DNA of 64,000 bases from assembly GCF_963921235.1 (NCBI RefSeq), contig NC_086097.1, positions 128,652,001-128,716,000 of the forward strand, in the 5' to 3' direction. Below, piece after piece: positions 22,280 through 35,930 of this stretch; the first letter of the stretch is position 1; every line of letters starts with the position of its first letter. This stretch comes from Mobula hypostoma. Its lineage: Eukaryota. The notes under the pieces were generated by a model. That model saw nothing but the letters and a program-made list of their open reading frames with translations, searched no databases and was not told the origin of the DNA. The position numbers and the translations under genes are program-made.

Positions 22280-22585
22280 TTAAAGATTAAAAGTTTTGCT
22301 TTTATTTGTCACAGGTACATTGAAGCGTACAGTAAAATGTGTCGTTTTCGTTAATGACCAATGCAGTCCGAGGATGTGCTGGAGGCAGCCTGCAGATGCC
22401 ACCAAATGCCACCAACACAGCTTACTAAGCCTAACCTGTATTTCTTTGAACTGCGAGAGGAAACTGGAGCACCTAGAAGAAAGCCATGTGATCACTGGGA
22501 GAATGTGTAAACTCCTTGCCTAGAGCAGCAGGAATTGAATCCGGGTCACTGGTACTATGCTTACCACTGCACTCTCTTGCCACCT
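22280..22585 (-). mobile_element. V-SINE-type element with Rex1-like tail
   Basis: GAGGAAACTGGAGCACC; ggaattgaatcc B-box reverse complement; tttatttgtcac tail. Confidence 0.7.
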
Positions 22586-23304
22586 TTCTCCAGTGAATAA
22601 ATATTGTATTAGAAAACATTCTCACATCAGTGCGCGACTCATGAAATTTAGCTAAGGATCCTACTTGTGAATAAGTAACTACAATATGCAGCTTCTTAAA
22701 AATGTGCATATGTGTTTTGAGAATGTGGGCGGACGCATGAACACAGGACTTTGCAAACAGATCATTCCACTCATAGCCCATGTTCAGTATTTCTCCTGCA
22801 GATGCTGTGTGTGTCATAATTATGCCTTGCAGATGCAAGCAGGCATTAATTAAAACCATCTCTGACATTGGGGAATATGCTGGATAATGTAGGTCAAGTT
22901 TAAGAATGCAGAAGTATGGATCTGCCGCTGGCAGTGGACTTGGAGTGTGCACTGGCGCTGGCTGGGCTGTTATGAAGCAAGTGTTAGGCACACCCCCAGT
23001 ATTGCAGCAATGGTACATCGGTATATAGTAATCATGCTCATGCATGTCATCAGGACACCAATATTAGTAACACACTTCAGGCAAGGTATGTAACTTAATT
23101 GATCATAGACAACTTAGCAAAACTCAGCAATTGCTGCAAAAAATGAACAACAGTCTGTAGCTTCCAAGGACGGTTGCATCCAAGCTACAGCTGAAGGAAG
23201 ATTTTCAAAAGTTTGCTTTATCACTCAGCTAGTCAAAGATCAGAGATTCTGCCGTTTGACCATATTGTCGTATTACATGAGGAACAGTGGGTAAATTATT
23301 GGCA

Positions 23305-23440
23305 TCATAGAGTATTACAGTACAGAAATGTGCCCTCGAGTCCATGCTGACCTAAACTAGGCCGATTTGCTTGGGTTTGGCCTAGATATCTCTACACATT
23401 TCCTATAAATGTCCTTGTCCAAATACATCTTAATGTTGTT
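23305..23440 (-). mobile_element. CR1 3' UTR fragment
   Basis: catagagt..tacagtacagaaa..gccctcg.gtccatgctgacc. Confidence 0.6.
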
Positions 23441-23629
23441 ATTTAGGAGAGAGGACATCTGAGACATAGGTTATCATCCGGGGAAATTTTCTAGAAAAGT
23501 ATATTCAGTTCTAGCAGCTTGAGGTTTCTATTGTAATCTGACCTTACATTTGCATCAAGAATTCTTTTCCAACGAAGACCACAACAATTATAACGTAAGA
23601 CCATTTCAGCTGGAATCTATTATCTCATA

Positions 23630-23855
23630 AAGAAAGAAACTTTGTGCTTTTATGGCAATCAGGACATCCCTTTACTGGCGGTTCCAAAACCAGTAAACTG
23701 ACTGTCGGTGCAGTCATTGCTGCAATGGGGGAAACGTAGCAACCACGTAATGCACAGAAAGATTCCATAAATAAAACGTCTTTCTTCATCCAGCAGGCAG
23801 CTGTGCTCTGACACTGCAGCAGTTCTTCAGTAGTGCATTAGAGTGCCAGCACATT
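23630..23855 (-). mobile_element. Degenerate Deu-domain SINE
   Basis: Reverse complement of tgtgcattacgtggttgctacgtttcc.cattgcagcaatgactgcac and gctggcactctaatgcactactgaaga. Confidence 0.55.
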
Positions 23856-24469
23856 CATGTCGCTCTGGTCTGTGCTCTGATCCTTCAGCAGCACTATGTG
23901 GGCAGCTATACTTAAAGGAACGTCTTGTACCTGTAAATCAAATGATTACAATGCTGCTCTCAGTCTCCCAGCTTTCCAGTAGATGTTGCTTTCAAGTGAA
24001 TTTTCCACCACTGGCTGCGAATAATGGGACATTACACCAGTGGATATCACAGATATAATTCATGTAATTAAACAATAGTAATAATTACCTCATAAAACTT
24101 AAGCTATGTTCCAATTAAAAAGACAGTATCAAAAAGATTAAATTTGAATAAAATTCACGGAATCTGTGCCAGTGATACCAGCATGCCGCAAATTCATTGC
24201 CACACTAGGAATTACTGTCTAAGTGCATCTGTGATGTTCCATCATAAACAGCCTAGGAACTTCTGTGCACTTAACTGTCAACCAACCCACAGGTTTTAAG
24301 GAACAACGGGGAGACAATAACTATTAACAATTGTAATAGCTCAGTTACACATGACACTGACAAAATGATCACAAGGCAAGGAAAGCATTGAAAAAGCACT
24401 GAGCCAGACTTCTGCTTAATTCTGTATAATGCTTACTTGAAGGCAAGAGTGTAGAAAGGTGTGGTTTTA

Positions 24470-24765
24470 ATCCATAAAACCATAAGATATAGGAGCTGAA
24501 GTAGGCCATTCAGCCCGTCGAGTCTGCTCTGCCATTCAATCATGGGCTGATCCAATTCTTCCAGTCATCCCCACTTCCCTAGCTTTCACCCCATACCCTT
24601 TGATGCATTTTGAATTCTTTCCCCATCTAAATAATAGTCTGCCCATTTATTTTTTTCCACCAAAGTGCATGACCATACATTTTCCCACACTGTATTTCAT
24701 TTGCCACTTCTTTGCCCATTCTCCTAAACTATCTAAGTCTCTCTGCGGGCTTTCTGTTTCCCCAT
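24470..24765 (-). mobile_element. CR1 3' UTR joined to internal RT fragment
   Basis: ccataagatataggagc..taggccattcagccc; then ccaaagtgcatgaccatacattttccc (EKCMVMHFG). Confidence 0.75.
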
Positions 24766-26169
24766 TTCACTGTCCTTGCACGCTATTGGTCAAGCACCAA
24801 TACTCGCTGAGGATTGATTTATCCAGGTGAGAGGGTTTTGTTAGCCTCTGTAATTGGGAACTCTGATGTCAGCTGCAGGATACAGTTGATGCAAACAGAT
24901 ATTGTTGAAATAGAGCCTTCTTATATCCAGTTAGCTACCAGGAAAAAAAAACTGGTAAAACTGGAGTGAATGAGTAAAGTAGGTTTGGATCTAAGACAGC
25001 CACAAAAAAAATGCTACATAGATGACAGGCATCTTTATCAATTATGAAAAAACAAAAAAATCTCTACCAGTTAATGTTCTGGTGTTCTGGAAGTAATTTG
25101 GTTCCTAGAGATGTGGAAATACCCCCTAATCAGTTGATAGGACATAACCTAACCCACCTTAAGAAAATACCATGGTTTTTAATTGTAATGTCTGCTCTAA
25201 AAATAAAAGACTTTTTGGGTATTCCCCATTCTCCCAGTTTACAACAAGCATAAGAGAAGTTAAGGTCTTCCTCTAGATTAAGTCATACAGCAGGGAAACA
25301 GGACCTTTGGACTTTACAACTTTCATACTCAATGCCCTAAATGTTCCACTCAGCTGCTTCCCCCAACCTCATCCTCCCACTGCATTCTAGAAAGTGACAT
25401 CCATTCTTTATATTAGTTAGAAGATAGTGTACCCCCTTTCTTTACTGAAAATAGATGCAGTCCTCCAGTGCAGAAAAGTCTTCCATGCAACAGGTTTTCA
25501 CAAAATCAAAGAGACGCATCTTTGAACCTAAAAGCTAGCTCTGGATACCCAAATCATCATGCCCAGAGCTATGGTCAAAGCCTTCCAGTGACAGGGTTGA
25601 CTGACCAGTGCATTATTAAAGTAGAAATGTAAACTCATAACACCATCTGAACTTGGGCCATAATTACTACCAACTGTTAAAATTAGCACTTTTATTTAAC
25701 AACTCACACTTTGCTATGTTAAAGCCTTTGGCCTTGAAGTTGCAGGTATTTGTCAGGATTGTTAGATCTGGAGATTATATTTCAGAAAGTTCTTTGGAAG
25801 TCAAGAATGATGCAAAAAGATTGTGGTTACTGCCATTTTATTGGATGCTCATCATAGTATTGGTCATACAAATCAGCCTACACCAGCAAGCAAGACAAGT
25901 AAAGAAGTAACAACTTAAGCTCACGCTTTCCTTTTGCACTGCAAACTGGCCTGAACTGATGTAGATAACAAACCTTTGAACAGGTACCGGCTGAATCACA
26001 CTTTAGCTTTGCAGACAAAGAAACTACAGAAGCAGAGAGCCAAACATATTACAAGTTACCAAAAGTTTACAGAGAAACAGGTAATTATACAAACATACAA
26101 GCTAGCTTAAACTACAATGAAAAACACAATAAAAACAATTTCTTGATCCTAATCCAAAAGGATTTAATT

Positions 26170-26680
26170 TTACTTAAACCTGTTGGGAGTGTACTGTGTG
26201 TATTATGTAAGGTTCTGATAAAGGATATATCTGTGATCGAGGAACTGCAGCAAGGATCGTTGGATTAATTTCTGGGATGGTGGATTTGCAATATGCAGAG
26301 GCATTAAGCAGACATGATTGATGGTCTCTCCACTTTTAAACAATGAAAAGTGATCTCATTGAAACATTAAACATTCCCATGGGTCTTTACAGGCTAAATA
26401 TACCCTCTTGATGGAGTGTCTAAAATCAGGGAATATCACCTCAAAATAGGCCACACCTATTCAAGACTAAAATGAGACAACATTCTTCACCCTTGAGAGT
26501 GAATCTTTAGAATTCTCTACCATACGAAACTGTGGAGGTGCAGTCATTGAGTATATTTAATGCAGTGTTGATAGGTTTTTACATTTTAATTGAATCAAGA
26601 GGTATAGTGTACAGGGAAATAGCACTGAAATCTAAGTTCAGTTATCATCTTATTGATTGGCAGAGTATGGATGAAAGGCC
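26170..26680 (+). mobile_element. Degenerate CR1 3' fragment
   Basis: gagtactgtgtg...gtgatctcattgaaaca...gtgaatctttagaattctctacc. Confidence 0.7.
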
Positions 26681-27067
26681 CGGTCAAGTTCCTGGCCCTG
26701 ATGTTCCAATTCATTGTTGTGGGCAACAAGTGGTGCCGTTGATCACACAACTCATAAGTTGTGGCATCAACAATGTTCTGCAACAAAAAAGCAATGTTCT
26801 GCTTTTACACACAAGAGTATAATGAAAAAGCGTCAGCTCTCTTTCAGTGTACTCTAATGCTAGAATTTCAGGAACACTGTATGTTAAACTGAACTTCACA
26901 TGGAAAAATTTTGTTAATTGTGCTGAAATCGAGTGTACATAAGTGTTTGTGTTATTAAGTATTTCAGGTTAGCTTTTATATGTTATTTCATTTTAATTTT
27001 GATAGTTTTAGTAGATTTTAATAATATTGAATACTTCTGAATGTCAGAAACATTTATAATGTTGACA

Positions 27068-27165
27068 TCACACACAAAGTGCTGGAGGAACACAACAAGG
27101 CAGGCAACATTTATGGAAGGGATAAACAGATGATGTTTTGGGCTGAAGCCCTTCATCATTACTAG
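27068..27165 (-). mobile_element. PLE tail with decayed hammerhead
   Basis: cacacaaagtgctggaggaa...gttttgggctgaagcccttcatca. Confidence 0.7.
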
Positions 27166-27175
27166 AAGGGAAGGG

Positions 27176-29800
27176 GATAGAACAGTACAGCATAGGAACT
27201 GGCCCTTCAGCCCATTATGTGGTGCCAAACAAAATAAATTAGTAACCAAATGGATAACTAAGCTAATCGCTTAATCAGGTGGCCCTCCTCCATCAATGTG
27301 TCTATCTAAACATCTCTTAAAGATCTTTAATGTATCTGCCTCTACCACAACCCCAGGCAGCACATTCCAGGCACCCAGCACTCCCTCTGTAAAAAGCATG
27401 CTTGTCATGTCACTTTTAAAATTACCCCCTTTCATTTTAAACACATGCCCTCTGGTATTAGACATTTCAATCCTGGAGAAAGATACTCTCTGTCTACTCT
27501 ATATATGCCTCTCATAATCCTATAAACCTCTATTGGATCTCCCCTCAGCCACTGCCATTTCAGAGAAAACAACCCAAATTTGTCCAGCCTCTCGTTATAG
27601 CTCATGCCATCTAATCCAGGCAGCATCTTGGTAAACCACTTCCGCATCTTCTCCAAAGCCTCAACATCCCTCCTATAATGGGGTGACCAGAAATGTATGC
27701 AGTACTTCAGATGCAGCCTAATGAGAGTTTTATAAAGCTGCAACTTAACGTCCTAACTTTTGAACTCAAAGCCTCAACTAAAAAAGACAAGCATGTCATC
27801 TGCCTTCTTAGCGGTCTTATCAACTCGTGTAGCCACTTTCCAGGGAGCTATGAACTTGGACCCCAAGATCCCTCTGTTCATCAACACTTTTAAGGGTCTT
27901 GCACTTAACAGTATACTGTCTCTTTGCATTCAACCAACCAACGTGCAACACTTCACAGCTGGCCAGGTTAAATTCCATCTGCAACACATACAAAACACTG
28001 GAAGAACTCAGCAGGTCAAGCTGCATCTATGGAAATAAATAAAGTTGTTACTCTGTGCAGTTGATTTTTAAACATCCTCTAAATGTCCGATGTGGACTTG
28101 CCCATAAACTGCTGTTCCCAATTAACACTCCCTAGTTCTTGTCTAATGCTCTCATAATTTGCCCTGCACTAATTTAATACTCTCTCATTAGGTCCATACT
28201 TACTCTTATCTATAGTTATCTTAAAACTTAAGGAGTTGTGATCACTGTTCTCTAACTGTTCACCCACTGAGAGTCCAGTTACCTGGCTAGGCTCATTACC
28301 CAACACCAGATCCAGTACAGACCCTCCTCTTGTTGGACTATGCACATGGTGATTTAAGAAACCTCCTGGGTACACCTAGAAGATTCTGCCCCATCTAAAA
28401 TTCTTGCACTCAGAAGGTCCTAGTTTATATTAGGGAAGTTGAAGTTCCCCATGACAATGACCCTGTTGTTTTCACATCTTTCCTTAATCTGCCTGCATAT
28501 CTGTTCCTCAATGTCCCAGTGGGTACCAGGTCTGTAGTACAATCCCATCAGAGTGATTGCATCCTTCCTATTTTTGAATTCTACCCAAATAGATTCAGAG
28601 AGTGAGCCCTCCATTCTGTCTCCTCTGAGTGCATCTGTGATATTACTGCTGATCAGTATTGCGACTCTCCACCCAAACCCCCTTTTACCTCCCTCTCTAT
28701 CTTTTCTAAAACATCAAAATCCTGGGAAAGTAAGCATTCATTCCCATCCCTCTCGCAGCCAAAAATCTGTATTGGCCACAACATCATAGTACCACGTACT
28801 AATCAATGCTCTAAGTTCATCCCCCTTACCCATAATACTTGTAGGATTAAAATACACACATTTCAAACTATCCATCCTATCGTATCAATTATTTTTCTCC
28901 TGCCTGTTTTTACTGACCCTGACATCTACCTTCCTTTCCATCCCTCCACTTTTTGACCTGGTGCTTTGATTTCACTCCCCCCCCCCCACCCCCAACCCCC
29001 TGCCAAACTAGTTTAAGCCCTCTGGAGTCACACTAGTGAACCTCCTGGCCAGGATATTGGTTCACTTCCAGTTTAGGTGCAACCCGTCATTCTTGTACAG
29101 GTCACCCCTGCCCCAGAAACCATATCCCTCGACCAGTTCCTCAGCCACTCATTCATCTGTACTATCATCCCATTCCTATCCTGACTGGGAGTAATCCAGA
29201 GGTTACCACCTTGGAGGTCCTACTCTTCAGCCTCTTTCCTAATTCCATATACTCTCTGCGTAGGACCTCTTCCCCCGTTCTACCCACGTTATTAATGGCA
29301 TCATGACCTCTGGCTTCTCATGCTCCTCCTTGAGAATGTTCTGCAGCCGCTTTGAGACATCCTGGACCCCAGCACAATGGAAGGCAGCATACCATCCTGC
29401 CTGTCCATCCCCCTAATCCTGCCTGTCCATCACCCTAACTATCGAGTCTCCTATTCCTCTGCCTGACTTCACCTTCACTGCCGAACCTCTGAGCCAGCCA
29501 CAGTGCCACTCGGCTGACTGTTACTGCTGAACCCTGGTCATGCTCCTCCAGAAACCAAAGGGGAATTCTTGTTGCTGAGGGGAATGGCCACAGGGGAAAC
29601 CTGCATTAACTGCTTATTCTCTTTACTTCTCCTGGTGGTCATCCATGTTAAAGTTTCATATATGAGGTTTTCATCCTGCCAGCTCCAGTTCCTTGACCTT
29701 GTCAGTCTGGAGCTGAAGTTGGGTGCACCTCCTGCAGATGTAGTCATCAGGGACACTGCCAGGTGATCTGAAATCCCACATCTGAAAGGAAAAGCAGTCC
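27176..29800 (-). mobile_element. Second long, internally deleted CR1 LINE
   Basis: LYKTLIRLHLKYC; SPTRGGSVLDLVLGNEP; VMGNFNFPNIN; esterase region aagaatgacgggttgcacctaaac (~29070-29095); ORF1 N-terminal remnants to ~29800. Confidence 0.88.
27985..28040 (-). mobile_element. PLE tail fragment at a CR1 deletion junction
   Basis: cacatacaaaacactggaagaactcagcaggtcaagctgcatctatggaaa. Confidence 0.7.
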
Positions 29801-30094
29801 ACTGCCTGAACTATGTTGCCTACACGGATTTGAGGGCTAAGGATTTACAGACAATATAAAAAAAAAGCTTACCTCTTCTTACCTGTGGCTTCTGTCTGAA
29901 ACCTTTGAGTTTTGCAATCACCTACTAGGTCACTTACTCAGCATCCTCTCGCCAAGCTTGATATACCTTTGGCTCCAACTTCCCCAGCCCAAGTTCCACA
30001 ATCAAAATTAATGTGAACAAATGACCCAGCACCTTTTGCCTCCACCTGTTCTAGCCAAAGCCTAACACCAGCCCTCTCCAACAATGGCTACTTC

Positions 30095-31155
30095 CAAAAC
30101 GGACAGAAAAATAAGGTGGAGGAGGGCGGGTGAAGTAAAAAGCTGGGAGTTCACAGGTTGAAGAAGTGAAGGGCTAAGGAAGAAGGAATCTGAGAGGAGA
30201 GTGGACCGTGGAAGAAAGAGTAGGAGCAGGAGCACCTGGGGGTGGTGATGGGAAGGTGATGAGAAGAGAAGGGGTGCAAGGGGAACCAGAATGGGGAGTT
30301 GAAAAAGAGAGAAGGGAGAGGTAATGAAAGTTACTGGAAGTTAGAGAAATCAATGTTCATGCCATCAGATTGGCGGCTAACTAGACAAAAAAATGAGGTG
30401 TTGCTCCTCCAACCTGATTATGGTCTCATCATGACAGTAGAGAAGGATATGGACAAAAATGTTGGGAATGGGAATGGAAAGTCAAATTGAAATGGGTGGC
30501 CAACAGAGCAAAGATACCGGACAAAGCAGTCCACCAATTTACTTTGGGTCTCACCAATGTAGAGCTCACCTCCACAGGAGCACCATGTACAGTAGATGAC
30601 CACAACAGATTCACAACTGAAGTATTGTCTCACCTGGAAGGACTGTTTAGGATTCTGAATGGTGCTGAGGGAGGTGGTGTGGGGGTATGTATGGCACTTG
30701 TCCCATGTGCCGGGATAAGTACTTGGAGGGAGACAAGTGGGGATGGATGAGTGGATATGGGGGCCATGTAGAGAGTGTGGGTGAGGGAAAGAATTGTTCA
30801 GTAGTAGGATCCCATTGTAGATGGTGGAAGCTATGGAAAATTATGTGCTCTCCCATCAGATTCTTTCTTCTTCAGCCCTTCACCTCTTAAACCTATTGGC
30901 TTCCAGCTCCTTAATTAACTTTGCCCTCTCCACCCATCCTCCTTCCCCCTCACCTGGTTTTGCCAGTTATCTGCCGGCTTGTACTCCTTCCCCTCCCTCA
31001 GCCTTCTAATTCTGGATCCTGTCTCCTTCCTCTCCAGTCCTGATGAAGGAGCTCGGCCCAAATTGTTGACTGTTTACAGATGCTGCCAGAGTTCCTCCAG
31101 CACTTTATGTGTGTTGCTCAAGATTTCCAGGATCTGCAGAATCCCTTGTGTTTAT
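30095..31155. mobile_element. Old PLE: minus-strand EN/pLTR (30095-30848) joined to plus-strand pLTR with decayed hammerhead (~31036-31072)
   Basis: 30418..30633 FSCESVVVIYCTWCSCGGELYIGETQ; then ccagtcctgatgaaggagctcggccc. Confidence 0.8.
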
Positions 31156-31509
31156 AACCTTGACATCTTTGACAGCCATCCAGGACAGATGTGTGACCTA
31201 GTCAGCTACAACTGTTATTTTCTATTTTTGTTGGTGGGTGTTTTTTCCTTTCCTTTCCTTCCTGTCCACCCCAAACCCAGGATGCCTCATGGTGCCCCAT
31301 GGCAGTAGGTATCGATACCGCCTCGCTGTTCGAGTGATCCAGGTTCAGAGATCACTCACCTCCCAAAGAACACAAAAATTAAATTAACTTTAAATTCATA
31401 AACCTCTTATTTAGAAAAGAACATTTTCCTGGTTAAATTTAATTTACGTATGTTCAATCAGGCCACAAGATTGGAGTTTAGAGACTGTATACCCTTCCGA
31501 GAACCCTAA

Positions 31510-33270
31510 GTGTTTTCCCCAGTGCACTGGTTTGGTGAAAACCGAGTTGACATCAAACAACTCCTGGATGAAAAGCATCATCTTCAAAAGGTTTTCCTCA
31601 GAGATCCTAAATCCATGTCAAAGAAGGATGCCTTCACTAGCATCTTTTCCAGTCCCGCTGAAGGGTCTTGGCCCAAAACATCAACCGTTTCCTCTTTTCT
31701 GTAGATGCTGCCTGGTCTGCTGAGTTCCTCCGGCGTTTTGTGTGTGTAGTTCTGTGACAATTATCAGGGAATGTCCTTGCTGTCTATCACAGGCAAAATC
31801 TTCACCAGGCTTCTCCTCAACCATTCCACATATCACCTTGACTAGGGACTCCTACCAGAGAGCCAGTGTGGATTCTGGAAAGAGCATGGGATTATTGACA
31901 TGGCTTTTGCTTTAAGGCAGCTGCAAGAGAAATATCAAGAGCAAAACGCTGACCTGTTCTCCTGCTATGTCAATCAGACTAAGGCCTTCAATACTGTTAG
32001 CAGAGGGGGTCTGTAGAAGATCATGGTGAAGTATGGATCACCATGGTGCAGCAATTCCATGATGGCAGGCAAGCTAGAGTTCAGGACAATAGTGAGATAT
32101 CCAAGCTCTTCCCTGTCCCAAACTGGGTCAAGCAGGACGGCGTCTTACTGCCAATGCTGTTCATCGTGGTGTTTTCCTCCATGTTGACTGATGCCTTCAG
32201 ACCTGGTAGCATAGAGATTGGCAGTCAGATTCCTCACTGACGAGTAACTGTTCAACCTCAGGAGGCTCCAAGCAAAAAATGAATGTCAGACATCAGCAGA
32301 GACTTCCTTTTTGCTGATGACTGTGCCCTCAATGCTGGTTCAATAGTTGATATGCAGTGGAGCGTCGACAAGTTTTCTGATGTGTGTACCAACTTTGGGC
32401 TTAACGTGAGTACCAAGAAGATTGAAGTAATGCATCAGCCAGCTCCAGGGAAATGATACATTGAGTCAAACAGCACAATCAACAGTCTAAGAGAACAGGT
32501 TTGCATATCCCCATAACACACTGTCCTAGAATATCATCGTTGATGACGAAGTAAGTGCCTGGATCGCCAAAGAAAGTGATAGCCTTCGGCACACTTTATA
32601 CAAAGTTCTGGAACAGAAGAGACATAAATCTACAGATGAAGCTGAAGGTGTACAGGGCCACAGTACTTCCTACTCTACACCTGTGAAGCAGGGACACTGT
32701 ACCAACAGCATGCCAAGAAACGGAACCATTTCCAAACAGTCTGCCTCAGAGTTCTTCTCAACACTAAGTGGCAAGACTGAATTCCTGACACTGAGGTACT
32801 TCCCATGCCAGGCCTGCCCAGTATCTACATCATCCTGATGCAGTCCCATGCAGCTCATATGCCAGACCATTGGCTGCCTAAGAGACTGCTTTACAGAAAA
32901 CTACAGAGAGGAAAGCATTTCCTTGGAGGCCAAAGGAAACACTATAAAGCCACCCTGAAAACTTCACTAAAGGCCTTTGGCATCAACCCAGACATATGGG
33001 AACACAAGGATCAGGTTGAGTGGAGCGCCTCCCTCCAGAAGTGTGCAGTGACACGAGGCAGAAAGGGCAATTGCGGAAGAGAGACAGAGGCTGGCCAGAA
33101 AAGCCTGAGACAGCGACCCCTAACCCAATGTGGCTGCCATCTTTTGTCCTCTCTGCTAAAGAACTTCTCGAGCATGGATTAGCCCCTGCATGGATCTGGG
33201 TACCCACAGACCAGTCCAAGCCCAGCCCCTACAAATTGTGGATGACTAGTCATTGTTGCATGACGGACAA
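31510..33270 (+). mobile_element. RTE-clade (BovB-like) LINE, degenerate RT and C-terminus
   Basis: WFGEN..IKQLLDEK; NYQGMSLLSITGKIFTRLLLN; LPESQCGF; LRQLQEK; LFADDCAL; MPDHWLPKRLLY...GGQRKHYKATLK. Confidence 0.88.
31645..31750 (+). mobile_element. PLE hammerhead and tail fragment inside the RTE
   Basis: ccagtcccgctgaagggtcttggcccaaaacatcaacc...gatgctgcctggtctgctgagttcctcc. Confidence 0.78.
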
Positions 33271-33279
33271 ACAAACAAT

Positions 33280-33500
33280 GTGTTTTTCCCAGTACTCCGG
33301 TTTCCACGTACACCCCTAAGGCCTGCAGGTTAGCAGGCTTAAATATTGTCACCCATGTAGGCCGACAACAGGAAACTCAGGGTTTTTGATGAGCACGTGT
33401 GAGAGAATAGGTTACAGGGAAAATGTGGGTTACTTGGATTATTGTGATTACTCTGAGAGCCACCGTAAACTCTGTGGGTTGAATATGCTTTGCCTATTTC
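33280..33500 (+). mobile_element. V-SINE 3' fragment
   Basis: gtactccggtttccac...aaggcctgcaggttag. Confidence 0.5.
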
Positions 33501-35349
33501 GTAAAGAAATATAAGCGTATAAGAATAGTCCGAACTAGCCTATTACATTGTAGAAGGCTCTCTGCTATGAAGAGACGGCGCCAGCTCCAGAAAGCAAGCT
33601 CAGGCTAAAGGGTATCATCCTGGTTAAATCTAAACATTAATTGTTGGCCAGAAGCAAGAATGGATGGTTCATTGCTAAATGCATGTTTGGACCATTATTT
33701 AAATATATTGTAATGTGCCAATGTCATTTACTGAAAGCCCTGAGAAAACTCTTTAATAAGTTCAGAAATATATACTGTTGGGTAATCTTTGAACCAATAG
33801 TTTTTCATCTCAGACAGGATATACAATTGAACAATCAAAATGTTCATGAAAAATAGACGAGAATTCATTTTAATTTCTTTAGGCATCAATTATTCTCCCA
33901 ATTCCTTTACATCAAGTTTATAAAAAGATCTGTTAGTTTTCTGAATGCATTATATCAGTTAAAAGCTCAAATGAAAGAATGGTTTATGAATAAAGGATAA
34001 TACTGTCTTGATTCTGTCCGTCACAGAATGTGCCCATTTCTGTCGTGAAGTGTGGATATGAGCAGCATGGCCATTATCTATTACCTTTTCTGAATGAATT
34101 GTATTGCAATGGGCAGTTCAGAAATAACCACATTGCTGAGGCTTTTGAAATTACAAGTGGTCCAGGTTAAAATCAATTAAAACGTACCTTGAACTAATCT
34201 GTATTATTTTATACAGATGATTAAAACAAAAATCGAAATGAACTTGCAGTTCATTTTAAATTCAATCCATAAAGCTCTTTGTGTTGCAGCATGGGCACCT
34301 TGTGGAGCTTCAATTCAGACTGGAGATATTTTTGAAACTTGAAATTAATTTTGTTGCTCTCTGTTGTAAAAGTAATGGTATATGCAAATATTATTGCACT
34401 TTATAGTGCAATATTTGAAATACAAACATTTGTAGCTATACATGAAGAAAATCTAGGTCCACATTTGCAAAGCAGACATTGTAATTTATGCTTTTGATGT
34501 TGTTTAACAACCAGCCAAGAGTTAAGGGACATTCTTCCAAAATCACACTGGGGTGCTGTTCACACAGACCATCGTGCCTGTGACAATGGCAAAGAAATGA
34601 ATTCAACATTTTGTCTTAAGAGTCAAGTGAGAATATTTGTCCTTGCAAAGTGTTTACCAGCTCATTTTATAGTTTATTATTAGTCTTTTTTGAAAGATAT
34701 TCAAGGATATGTCACAACAAAATAACTTGCCTGGCACAGAATCTGACATTCATGTGTTTATGGAAGATTTAATACACAGCACAGATGATATGCGGACAGA
34801 TGGATGAAGATCTGCATTAACACCAGACAAGAATTGGATGCATGAATATCATGACCTATACAAAAATCATTGGATAAACAGTAAAATAACATAATGCATA
34901 TTCAACAGAGAATAAAATACTGACAGTGTCTGACTCAGTTTTCTGAATCTCCTGTAATAAATTGTTAATGGGAGGTGCAATGGATACTTTAGATTCCCAG
35001 GAATATGTTCCACATTTTGGTTTATTTTGTTCACATTATCATAGTTATATTATTAGAGCATATCTGATATGTCTGATAATTCAAATGGGTTTCAAGCTGA
35101 CCAGTGTTATACTTGATAACAGGAAAATAGGGCTTATGGGAGTCATGATGTTGGATCCAGTTAAAAAGGGAAGCGTCAAATCTTGTTGCTGAGAGTGGAA
35201 CAGGAGATAAATATGTAGGTAGACTGGAGATATTTAAAGAACAGTTGGATGGATATCTGACTTGCCAATAATTTGCAGTGTTTTCTTTATGCATTTTTTT
35301 CTGGATCTGTGCCCCATTTGAAAGGCTATCATTTACTGTCTACCACTAA

Positions 35350-35930
35350 TTAACCTTGAGAAGATTGTGGTGAGATATTTGCATGACCAATCAGTCCGAC
35401 TGACAAAGGTGCACCAGTGCTGTGCTTGGAAAAGGAGCTCCGTGATTTTGACTCACTGCAATGAAGGAATCTATTGTATTTCCAAGACAGGATGGTGAAG
35501 AAAACCTGCACACTGGGGTGATTCCTTGCACTTGTTGCCCTTGACCTTCCTTGCAAGTTTTGGGAGGTGATGTTTGAGTGGCCTAGGTAACTGCATGCAT
35601 TTTATGAAAGAAAACACTGCAGGCACAGTGGAGAAAATGCAATAAATGATTAGGGTGGTGAATGGGATACCAATCTAATGAGCTGCTTCGTCACAGATGA
35701 TGTTGAACTTTGAGTCTGACCGGCCTTGCACTCATCCAGAAGAGTGGGGATTTTTCCCTTACACTCCTGATCTGCCTTAACAGAAAAAGCAGGAAGAGTG
35801 TCGGCATCCAGAGATGAATCACTTGCCGTGCTTTAACCTTCTTTTGTAGCTACTGTGCTTATGTGTCTGATCCAGTTGATGGTGGGATATGCAAAATCAT
35901 TGAATGTCAAAATATTGTGGGTAAACTCCC
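35350..35930 (-). mobile_element. Old CR1-clade LINE 3' fragment (distinct family)
   Basis: Reverse complement encodes degenerate NW..HI.TVA...QVRSV.E.SPL.W; homologous to 60330-61470. Confidence 0.55.

Noticed and set aside
26680..26800. Possible minus-strand exon after a ttttttgttgcag acceptor (NIVDATTYELCDQRHH...)
   Set aside because: No clear splice donor and no recognisable protein; it runs into a CR1 UTR
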